DNA of 64,000 bases from Tubulanus polymorphus (lineage: Eukaryota; Animalia; Nemertea), in assembly GCF_964204645.1 (NCBI RefSeq), contig NC_134036.1, forward strand, positions 1,116,001-1,180,000. Reading direction: 5' to 3'. Both the position numbers and the translations under genes were made by a program. The number at the start of each line of letters is the position of its first letter. The stretch's first letter is position 1. This document shows, piece by piece, positions 41,801-53,900 of the stretch. Below the pieces are notes generated by a model that searched no databases, was not told where the DNA came from, and saw nothing but the letters and a program-made list of their open reading frames with translations.

Positions 41801-43358
41801 GAAGTTTTCTTCGCAAAGATATCGGTTGGTCAATGAGCAGTCGTTCGGGGACCAAGGGTTGATATGAATTGAAACTCTTTTCAGCAAACGGTGCATTTTA
41901 CAAAATAGAAAAAAAAATTTAAATCAGTCGAAATTTTATATCTTAACTCTTGGTTTCCGGTCCGCTTATTCTGAAAATGTTCCAATTAACTACTCGAAGA
42001 AATTCCAGTTTATCTCCAACTTGTCATATTATATGCAAAATGTATCTGGAGCGATGCCAATGGCTGAAGTAGGACATCTGGCACAATGCCAGTGATGGGC
42101 AACGACATTTGGCTGTTTGCCATCTGCCTCTGTTCGCGTTGGAGACGCTTTTTCTGGCCTCGGTTAGCTCGAATTAAAAACGCGCTTTTTTTTTTATCGA
42201 TAAAACTTAGATTTTATGTTCATTCACATTGTTACATTATCACACTATAGATGGCGCCCTGGTCTATTTACAACTTTAATCTCAGCGCGGTCTTTATTTT
42301 AATCTTTCTTTTTCCTCTTTCACATTGATCAATGTAGATGGCGCTAACGGCACACACTCAACAACACGCGCGCGCGCGCTTCACCTTGACCTTTTCACCT
42401 TGTAAATATAATCAAATAGATAAATGATTAACGTCGCTATGGCGATGACGATGATAATAATGTGGTTTGTACGATAATATTTTGACGATGAGCGAGAAAT
42501 TTGTAAAATCATCGTCAACGATTGTAGAAAATAAGCAGCTGAAATCGGAACCTAATTTTAGAAAATATCTCTGACCGAGCTGAAGACTCAATTTACCGGT
42601 TTATCGCTGTCGCGTATTGCATTTAATTTTTGTTTTAACTCTGAAAAGAAATTAAACGTATATATAATAAAAGATATGCTACGTCACGCGGAAATAACAT
42701 CCCCTCGAAAATTAGATCTCCCGATTCTGTTTAAGGCGCAACTTTTCGCAAATTTTGAATCTTGTTTTCGAGAAACGTTAATAATCAAATACTCCCGGGG
42801 TCGTTTTAAACACCATCGCCCTCTTTTATTTATCGAAATAAGGGGGTTGGTTCAAAGCGCACACAACACGACAAACTCTCGTTACTCTTTATGAAAAAAA
42901 AAAAAACGTTAAACACCGTCCAACAATAGCTGTATACAACACAGCTACATCTGGTGGTGGGTTTTGAAACTATTAAATCATCTTCTTTCTCTCGCGAATT
43001 ACGTTTCTCGAAAAAAAAAAAACAACAGGTCGAAAAAACGATAATAATAAACGCTTTAATTTTTAGAAAGAAATCCCGTTGAAAAACAGCGCTTTGTCCT
43101 CATATCTAGTCATACTCTTCTATATCGTCACCCGTGGCAACCGTCGCTAATGACGATAATGACAACAACAATCATAAATCAACAATGTATTTAAGTACTA
43201 TGATTATTATTATTATTATGATTATTGAAGTGCTCGATCGCAGCGGAAAAGCGATATATACCGAAGTGATTTTAGAACGGGTCCTCTGAGGAATCCGACG
43301 ACTACGCGGGTTACGATGCTGCCCCCTATTGACGGTCGTTGCCTAGTCTGTTTTATAA

Positions 43359-43410
<52 letters not shown>

Positions 43411-44404
43411 CATACATAGCGATTGACGACCGACAGACAGGTCGTTGACCAGTCGACTCGTCTCGGAAACTAATCTACGATTTTTTAATCAAATATCGAG
43501 ATATTACAAGCGTCATTCGATACTGTGTGCGTATCTCGTTCGAGGCGCAAAATAAAAAAGAGATAAATAGATTTCGAGATGAATAATGAAAATAATAATG
43601 ATAATGATATAAACCGAATGATAATAATATATTATTGAACGAAGCCAGCAATTAATTGATTATTTGTTAACGATGATGATATCGATGATGAATACTATCG
43701 GTGTAAATGTGCGTGTGCATGCGTGTGTCCAGATACTATATAGATGGCGCCACCGCCGGAACTGTTTTTAAAAACGTACGGACGGACGAAAACGTTTTGA
43801 TTTTAATCGCGCGTCCCGAGATTTTTTCATGATTTTTTTTCCCGTGTCCTCAGCGCTGTAATATGAATTGTTGATCGTGTCGCGTTGTTTCGCTACTAGG
43901 GGGCGTAACCCGATAGTGGCGCGAGCTGTGCAGTGATTGACAACTACATACAGGATGGTGCTTAATAAACGAAAACAAATGTATACTTATTATTATTATT
44001 ATTATTATAATTATTATGGAATTAATGAATGAATAATTAATAATTGGTCATAAGCATTTAAGATATTCACACACCAAACACGGATGGATCCAGTGGCGAG
44101 AGTCTACCGCTCGAATGGGGCGCGTTGGGCTTACCAAATAGAAGGAAATACTGGCATTGGGCATGTTGGGCGTACCGGATTGTAGCTTGTGATAGTATGG
44201 GGCTTATTAGATTGTGTGGGGCTGACAGGATTGGATGGGGCGCTCAGTGGGGCCGACTGGAGCGTGTTTGATTTTTAAGTCATCGATCACCACACTTTAC
44301 CGGGGGGAGGGGAGGATTTATTAAGATACCTATTTATCAACACTTTCTGTAATCTCTTTCTCTGTTCATATAGATTCAGCTTAATGATTGATGTGATGAT
44401 GTCA

Positions 44405-44436
<32 letters not shown>

Positions 44437-44904
44437 GATGATAGCGCGTACGTTCGTTTTTTCGAAATCGCCGCGCGACAACGAGGTAGTATTGTTGTCG
44501 TTGACTGCTTGGAAAAAGTGTCGAAAACGAAAGATTTGTATAAACGAAATCGCTGTCCCGCGCGTAGGAGATTTTATTCGTTAAGACAACAAATTCGTTA
44601 ACTAATTAATTAGATAATTGTTGGGATTGTCGCAGGAAAATGAACGAAATGAATTTTAAGCAAACGGTGCTTCATCAGTAACTCTAGTAAACATATTTAA
44701 ATACAATCCCGTCATTAGATTAATTAGTTATTGAATTAGTTAAACTCGTTGATTAACGAATATTAATTATCCTATCGCGGCTGATGATTTCGGGTGTGGC
44801 GCGTTTTGCATTGGACGGAAATAAGGACACTGGTATTTTGTGTTTGTCGATATTTATTTGTAGAAAAAAGAGGAATTAAAAAACTGTGCAATTTCTATTA
44901 TCGA

Positions 44905-44944
<40 letters not shown>

Positions 44945-47790
44945 ATGATGATTATTATTATGATGAATCTGAATTTGTAAATTGACGATGATCATGATTA
45001 GAAAAAAAAAACTAGCATTTTTAAAATGGTGGATATCGACGTGTGTTTTTGCGGCCGACGGTCGTCGCGGACAACAACGTTCCGGGAGGGGAACCGTCGT
45101 TACCGTTCGAAAACTCCCGTCGCGGTCTGTCCCGACGATAATAGGTGGCGCCGCTATACGCTACATCGCAGCCGCCGCCGTTTCTATTTACAAGCTCTTG
45201 ATGTCATCGTTGCTATGACGACGACTGTTTTATGTTAGTTAATAACCCTTGTATAAAGTAATATAAAAAGCGAACGGTGTTTGAAACGAGCGGCCGCTAT
45301 TTTCTACGACTCCCGAAAAAAAATATAACATCGTTTTCTAAAAAAGAAAAAACTATAAACACAGGTGCTATTCACAGTTCACTCAACAGTCGTTTACCAC
45401 ATATTGGCATAGAACATCTGGCAGTTTGCCAGATGTTGGCACAGAGACATCTGGCAGTTTGCCAGTTGTAGGCGCATGACATCTGGAAGTTTGCCAGTTG
45501 TTGGCGCATGTCATCTTACAGTTTGCCAGTTGTCAGTTTGATGGTACGAGACAGCTTACCATTGATTAGTTGACATATCTGGCAGTGTGCCAATGAGTTA
45601 TTGGCACAAACTTAGTACATCTGGCAGTTTGCCAGTTAGTGGTTTGTAGCTGCCGCATCCGTTGCCGGATGAGGAGAGTGTTGATAATAGCCGCCGTTCG
45701 TCGCCGCCATGTGTAATAATATCATTTGTTTTTAGTCAACAACGCCATATTGAGTTGGTAACCATGGTAACGGTTAAAATGTCGCGGGCATTATTGAAAA
45801 AAGAAGTAGTTTTCGGAGGAGATTTCGGTATACGGGGAGAGGGATAGCGGCGTGAGAACGGAAACTGGGTGAACCATCGAGATGGCGTTCCGATGGTTGG
45901 AACGTGTAAAATCGTTCAACTACCTACTCTACCCTTTTATCTTGGCGTGGTAGGATTCGTTTCTCTCTCTTGCGGATGCGTCCATGACAATCCGAAGGGT
46001 GGATAGGTGATGAATTAAAGTGGACGTTTATATATCGTTTTCGAGCGTATGGTATTTGAATCCCTCGTACGCTCCACGATGCGGGAACCACTGGAGTTTT
46101 ATTTTAACGGACGCGTGTTAATTTCACGTCGCTGACCCTGTCTCCGTCGTATACCGATTTCGCGTGAGTTTCGATTGTCGAGTGCGTTGTCACGGCGATC
46201 GAACGATCGAAGAATCGTAACTTTTCAAAAATGGTCCCTTGAAAAGTTTCGTCGTTGAGAAACTCGTCGATCGGTTTTAATCCGTCTCTGGCGACTGTTT
46301 CCTCTCTATCCGAGACTTATACTGTAAACAATATATTGTAAAGGTGATTTTTACCAATAGAGGGAGTATCAGTCGCCGGAGCGAGGTTTAAATTACTCTC
46401 TGTTTTATAACTCTGTATTAATTGTGTAAATGACGACGATCGAAAAGTTTTTGTAATTTTTTTCTGAACGATGATTCGATATTTTTAAACCGGTTTTAAG
46501 CGTAGGAATGAAATTCCGTAAAACCGATAAGTCGCACGTGTGTCTCGGTTCGTTTTGATATTTCGGAAAGAATTTTCCTCCACTCGAATTAAAGAACTTA
46601 CGAGCTAGGTGGCGCTTTGTGTCGTGTTTAAAATTTTGCGAAGTTAATGGGCTGGACGAGGGGGGGGGTGAAAATTCTCGGTCATAGTTTATTTGAAATC
46701 AAATCGGTTGCTAAGTAAAAATGATTCGGACGATTTATTTCCCGAATCGGAAGAGGTTCGATTTTCTTGTCTATAAAACAAATTCGATCAATTCACTAAA
46801 TCGCGGACGTCGGACTTTGATATTTAAATTCGACGGCAACTACTATCACGACGGTTGACTTTTTGAAATTGCGGTGATTCTGGAGGGGAAACTAGAATCT
46901 TTCGGAGTTTCATTATTAGATTCCGTCCCGAGAAATAGATTCGTATTTTTGGAACAAATCTCGACGTAATTAAATTTCATTTGGATTCAATTTTTGCGAC
47001 GTCCATTTTAGAATCGGCCTTCAGGGTTTCAACAATAGGGGGCGTTAAACGCAACCGGATTTGAGGGTACGAAGAACTGTCGTCCTGGTAACGGTTTTAC
47101 TAGAAGAATCTAGACCGGGGAAACATGGATTTTTCTATCGTCTCCACGGACGCTCGGTTCGTGCAGTACCCGTCAAAATTGACACTAGGTGGCGCCTGGT
47201 TCCGCGCGGGTCGAGGAGAGTTCGCGAATATCGAGAATTCGGGAATATATCTCGATTCAAAATTTCAAAATTGCGTTACCGGTCGAAATATTGTTTCGTT
47301 CGTTAGAAAAGAAAGGTTAGCAACGTCGCATCGCATGATTATTACTGGCCGCGGTCGTGTTAGAGTTTCGAGTGCGCCCCCTGGTGTCTCTTCGAGCGAC
47401 TAACCGACCGTTCTTGCGAAACTACTTTTTGCTACCGATTCAAACGTATCGTTTATCACCGCGAGCGAACCGTCAATTTATCAGCCCGAAGAGATTAAGA
47501 TATAGATGGCGCTGCGACGGTCGCTCGCGATTTTAAACGAAGGTCGTTTCCGCCGCGCGTCGAACGTTCGAAAAAAATGAGTTACCGTGGTTACCGGCGG
47601 CCGGTTTTGTTGTCGTGGGTCGCAATCACTATTTTTCTTTTACAACAACAAACTAACTTCATATAAACTAATCAAACTATTGATGTTTTTCACTGAGTTC
47701 ATGGACATATATTTATATAGTAAATAAAAATGAGTAACTGAGTGGGAGATAAAAAAACGACACAAAATGTTTGAAGAGTTTATAGTTTTA
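38325..47790 (+). other. Probable very long 3' UTR / downstream region of GNAQ (~9.4 kb)
   Basis: No convincing coding exons, MITEs or long minisatellite arrays. CpG-rich with short microsatellites. AATAAA at ~43551, ~43964 and 47723, the last followed by a U/GU-rich tract. Transcript extent is inferred. Confidence 0.5.
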
Positions 47791-49083
47791 TTTCTTTCTT
47801 TTCGGTGGTCGCAGGAACAAAAGGATGGATGGACTGGTGTCTTTTTCTCTCTTTTTTCTGGGGCAGCAGTAGCTCAAAAAAGTCGACCATCAGGATTCCG
47901 GTTGCTCTCAAAAGCCCACAGAAAATTTGGAAATTCATCAAGATTAACTGACAGGCCTATACAGAGAGTTTTTTTGCTGAGACCAAAATATAGACATATT
48001 TTCCTTTTTTGACTGCAACTGTTCAGCCCCAGCACTTCAGAGCATTTCTGGTCTGTAACCAGTTCAACAGAACTAGAGCATCATTGAACTGTTTAGATCA
48101 GACTTGTTTCCCAGGGTCCAGAAATCCTAGGGCTAGAGCTAGAAGCAAGTATTTATTGTCATTGCCCACATTCTCCAGCAGCTTTGAGGAAAGTTCCAAA
48201 ATTTCTGTAAGCGACGACTTTATTACAACAAGAATTAAGTGAAAAAAAACAATTAGAAAATCTTTTGGTAAAATCTTAAATGTTGCAGGACTCGAACCAC
48301 ATCGTTATGATTCTAGCAGGTCACATGATCGTAATATGGCGGCGCCCATGAACTTGTAGAGTGTATTCGATTGAACCGATTATAAATCCTAGATAATGAC
48401 ATAAAAGTAAATTTCGAGAATTTTAAAGAGAAAAGCAAACTTAAGATGACTATTTCATAGTTATCTTTTTATCATGGCTTATTTTGGAAAAAAGATGGAT
48501 TAGATGTGTTTTAGAGAGTTTGGTTGAGGTTTATACCTAGTGCAAAAATCAAGCGCACCTAACCGAATGTAACCGGAACCTAGATTTTACAAATTTTAAG
48601 AAAAAGCGAAGAAACGCGAGGAAGATGCGGCTCATGTCGCGGATAAACCCTTAAAATAAACACGTAAGTAACTGTTTTAATAACAAAAGAGGAATTTCTT
48701 TTTAACGGCCTCAGTTTCTGGTTCAAATTTTAGTTGAAAACTTCGAAAAATGGAAAATTGTTTTCATCATCAATTCTCTCCCCCCTGGCCTCCACCATCT
48801 GAAAAGTTATTCGGGCCTTAACCACGACACCTAGCTTAGACTGCGATAGTTTTAGAGTTGAAGTCTTGTGTGTGGAGTATTATCCATTAAGGGTTCCATG
48901 TAATTTTTGGGCTTGTTGGACTGTCCACTTGTGAACTGCCCAATTGTCTATCTGACACGTTAGATTCCTGACTGTGGGCACCTGTAACATGCAGTGAGAG
49001 CCAGAGACCTTGCATCTTCAGGGGCCTGCTGCCCATAGCCGCTCACTTTTTAGATATCTATATGTCAGAAGGGGAATCACCCC

Positions 49084-49436
49084 ACGAGCCCAACCAATAG
49101 TTAGGCCCAAGGCCCCTCCGCCCCAGCAGCAGGGTCCAACTGATAAAGGAATCTAAACCCACTCTAATGAATAGTGCTGATAAAACAAAGTGGGTTGTTT
49201 AGTTAGTATAGTAGTCAACAGATGTCACTAGTGTATAGTCGAGTGCACCTGTAACAGCTGTTCTCACGATATTGATCGATCTCTCGAATATAACCCTGAT
49301 ATATATATATATATATATATACGCACAGTCCGTGAGACTCGCACAGCAGTCACAGAGACTCATACAACAATCATAGAGAGCAGTTTAAACGTACAGATCT
49401 GGTGACAAACCGCTGGTTTATCCATCCAACCAACCA
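49084..49436 (+). promoter_or_regulatory. Probable promoter and non-coding first exon of the M13 peptidase gene
   Basis: CCAAT (49094), GC box (CTCCGCCCC ~49115) and (TA)n TATA-like tract 49299-49321, then an exon-like segment ending CA|GTAAGT at 49436/49437. Confidence 0.45.
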
Positions 49437-50639
49437 GTAAGTAATTAACGGATCAAATTACAGATCCTTCTCAGTAGATCTCAAAACCACATTAGAGCCT
49501 TTATGAATCTGTTTAGGTTTTAGACAATAACGACCTATGATAGCTGGTATATTTTTGAATCTGTTATACGTAAAGACGAAATAGTGCTTTGAACTGGTAA
49601 CTAGATTTATTTAGAGTAGGCCTACAAGCATTCGTTTAATGCAGTTTTATCGGAAAAATTAGCATATTTTATGTCCATCTATAGAAAACATTCTGGTACA
49701 TGTTGATGTGATCATTCGTGTACTCAAATATTGCTATAACTAATCATAATTTTACTGAATCCATGAAAATGTCAAGAATGAGAAGGTTGTCATCAGTTAC
49801 TAATCATGATTTTACTGATTGGTCGAAGTCATCGAAAATTAGAAGGTCGCCATTTTATTGAAAAATATTACTGGGATATTGTTTTCAATATATCAGACAT
49901 TGTTGATAGTGCACTGGAATTGAAACCATTTCCACATGTGTTCAGTTTATGTAATGAAAATTGATACGTTTTGTTAGAATGAAAGCCGTTGATTGGAACA
50001 AAGATTGAAAAACAATATTATGATACGTACACTAAAAATTATTATTCATGTTCACGATATTCGATACAATAGAAAGATTTTTAACCGATAATCAAAAGTC
50101 ACAAGCCTTCTGTCCTTCATCTCTCAAAAAATCCTGTAAACCATTTTAAAAATAGGTTAAAAACTTTCATGTTTCCTAACGCTTTTGATTCTTAGAATAC
50201 TGTACAGTGTTTAAGGTTGGGGTAGGAATTAGAATAAAGCGCAATGAGTCTTTTTTTTAGAAAATAGCGCAATATAAAAGCATATTTTATTATTATTTTA
50301 AAGCATTCATCAGTTTTTTGTTGCTATCCATTGTTTTAGTTAAATGTATTTCGATATTTTGCGTAGAGACCGATAATATAGGCTTTAATCATGATTAACT
50401 CTGGTATAATGATACAGTATTATTATAACCGGGCCTAGTTAATATAATATAGATATATAGCTGAATATACTTATAATAGCTGTGACTAAAAACAGATGTT
50501 TTTCTTTTCATAATTGAATTGAATGCAGTAAACCTGCAGACACTGCAGATTAAAAATAAGATACATTTATCTGCGTTAGAGTTGTTAAAAAAATGATTAT
50601 TTTGCGATGGAGGGGTCCCTGGGATCAGGGGAGCGCTCT

Positions 50640-50826
50640 GTAGTTGTAGGGACCCTGTATATCCAGGAATGACTGATCTGTAGGGATCCTGTATATCCAG
50701 GAATGATTGATCTGTAGGGATCCTGTATATCCATGAATGATTGATCTGTAGGGACCCTGTATATCCAGGAATGACTGATCTGTAGGGACCCTGTATATCC
50801 AGGAATGACTGATCTATAGGGACCGT
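50640..50826. repeat. ~35-bp tandem repeat, ~5-6 copies
   Basis: Unit CTGTAGGGA(C/T)CCTGTATATCCAGGAATGA(C/T)TGAT. Confidence 0.85.
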
Positions 50827-50985
50827 GATTGTCCAGTCTTGAAGTTTGCAATTTTTCAAAGGTTTATTTCTGATTCAACATCAATCTTGTTCATTACTAT
50901 TTTCAGCATGTAGCTACAATACATCATTGAACAAATCTTCCAGTTAACGCTCAAAAACGTCTAGCTCCCCCTAGTGGTGATCACG

Positions 50986-53900
50986 ATGGTTAAGGGAAGT
51001 TTGCGTAACGGCAAGGACGCAAAGTCTGACGCGGAAACAATGAAATTAATGATGGACGACCGATGGTCAACGTCTGATTCCGAAGATGAAGAATTTAACA
51101 TCACGAAAAAACAAAAATCAAGTGAGTTTTAGATTTATATCATCAAGATGAAAATTGGAATCCAGTTCCACAGTTGTAGAACTGTGGAACTGGGTTCAGA
51201 ACTGTGGAACTGGGTCCAGAACTGTGGAACTGAGCCCAGAACTGTGGAACTGGATCCAGAAAGTTGTGGAACTGTGTCCAGAACTGGAACTGCGTCCAGA
51301 ACTGTGGGACCGGGTCCAGAACTGTGGAACTTGATTCAGATCTGCAGCTGATTAGTCGTCACAAACAGTGATATCTGTTTAGGTAGGGGTAGGTAGTCAT
51401 AGGGGGATCTACTGCAGCCTGAAACCTGCCATAAAAACATCATTCCCTACACATCAACTAGAATATTACCTCAGTGAAGTGGTAGAATTCTAAATTATCC
51501 AGAATAACGTAATTAAGACTGAAATATGTTCCATTTCAGTTAAGCTACTTTATTAATACCTATTTATATCATCTTTTATTCAATGATTTATTGAAATGAT
51601 TTGAAATAGTTTATTACAGTCAAATATCATTACAAATTCTATAGGCAGATATGAATGAATGAATGAATAAATGATTGAATGAATGATTGCTGAGGTCTGA
51701 AAATCAGGGCTATAGATATTTAAATTTCTACTATAGACTTATCAATCCTGGTCTCTGATTGGTCCTCTCATGTCACATGAGTGGCCTGCTAACCCTAGGG
51801 CTACTGTGATTGGCTAACCCTAGTTCCTAAGTGGGCGAGAGTGATCTACTAGAGTTACTGTGATTGGCTAACCCTAACCCTAGGTCTCATCTTGGCCAGA
51901 GTGATTTGCTAGGGTTACTGTGATTGGCTAACCCTAGTAGCTGGTCACTGATTGGTCAGTGGTGGTCATGTGACCTCAGTGAGTAGTGATCAGGTGTCAC
52001 ACACTACTATACACTGTCAGTTGTAAACAGTGAATCTACGGCCCTGGGCTGACACACTACCTAAATCATATTTTGTCGTTTTACAAGAATAAATTTCAGT
52101 TAAATTTCAGTTAAATTTAAGGACTTACAGGTGTCATTAAACCTGCAACTTTCCTAAAAACATTCCCACCATGGTCATGTGAAGTGTGGATGATCAATGA
52201 TAAAATGAATGATATCTGTCTTGAGTCCAGGCATAAATTCTGAATCTCATACTTTGAAAAATTACGTATTTCCATATATCATTTAAATGTGTTTCAAATG
52301 AATAAGCTGAAATCGTGATTATATCGATATATCAAGTTAATGGTTTGAGAGAGGAGGTGGATGATCGATATGTTATAATAGATCATTATAATGAAGCTGT
52401 GTAAATAGTTTCATGCAGGAGTCTAAAATTCACTGCAGTTTTAATCAGAAAGAGTCTATTGTAGGATATACATAGGTATAGCATATGGTACGTACAATAA
52501 AACAGATGATCAATTTTGACCAGTTGTTCTACACATTTTGAGCCCATTTCCACAGTTGTGTGGGTTTAATTTGATTCCGAATCCAGTTCCACAGTTGTGT
52601 GGGTTTAATTTGATTCTGGATCCAGTTCCACAGTTGTGTGGGTTCAATTTGACTATGGACCCAATTCCACAGTTGTGTTGGTTTAATTGTCTTGTGGGTT
52701 CACATAGTAAGTAGGTAATTATCTAATGAACTATCAGTAATAATGACTGAGTTTATTACTGACCTAGTTTGTCAGGAAACATCCATAGATTAGTATTGCT
52801 GTAACGGTTCTGTAGTATATCAGGCAAAATATGTCATAATTTTGGTCTCAGCAATAAAAGGTAACTCTATTTTTATCGGCCTTTCAGTTAATCTTGATGA
52901 AGTTCCATATTTTCTGGGGCTGCAGTTGCTGAAAAGTTGGTTGAAGACAACTGGTGGATAGATACCATAGTAATAATGAAGTTTCAATTGTCACTATGTC
53001 AACTGGTTAAATCTAACCAACTTTTCAGCAACTGCAGCCCCTGGTCCCAGTTTCACAAAAAGGATTAAGGCCTAAATCGATTTAAGAGTTAAACCTTTTT
53101 GTGAAACTGGGCCTTGGGATAAGCGATAGAGTGATAGAAGTTTATTTTCAATGTTTTGACTAAAGAGTGAAATTTATCTGTGAAATTTGCTCGTGGTTCT
53201 ATGTTTCTGTACTGTTTTACAGAATCGAATGTTAAATCGACGGTAACGCCACCTACCGGAGAAGTCCGTACTAAACAGCAGACGACGACCCACCCGGTGT
53301 TTGTACTAATGTGTAGTTTAACGATTATATTGGGTTTATCCGCGACATGTATCTATCTGATTATTACCACCTCCGCTAATCAAGGGGTAAGTTTATAACC
53401 TCCTCCGCTAATCAGGGGGTAAGTTTATAGCCATCTCCACTGATCAGGGGGTAAGTTTATAGCCATCTCCACTGATCAGGGGGTAAGTTTATAGCCATCT
53501 CCACTGATCAGGGGGTAAGTTTATAGCCATCTCCACTGATCAGGGGGTAAGTTTATAACCACCTCCACTGATCAGGGGGTAAGTTTGTAACCACCTCCAC
53601 TGATCAGGGGGTAAGTTTATAGCCATCTCCACTGATCAAGGAGTAAGTTCTCATGACCTGTAGATACTGATATTAACCTCATTATTTCATCAGAGTTTAT
53701 CAGCAAAACAGTTCATGATTTCACTGTTTATTTTTCTGACAGTTTCGAAGGCTTTCACTAAACTTCATCATCAGAGAAATAGAGAAATTTTCCCTGGTTT
53801 TCCCATATTGTGTATAGGATTGATTTTTTGGGGATATTTTTCTTCATCTTTTGAACACGTACCTCAATATGGTCTTAATACGACCAGTGAAACTGTGTAG

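Noticed and set aside
44482-44503. let-7-like string GAGGTAGTATTGTTG
   Set aside because: Only 9 nt match and no complementary star arm or hairpin visible.
48283-48300. tRNA B-box GGTTCGAGTCC on the minus strand (also GGTTCGAACCC at 18187)
   Set aside because: No cloverleaf or A-box could be built; at most SINE remnants or isolated TFIIIC sites.
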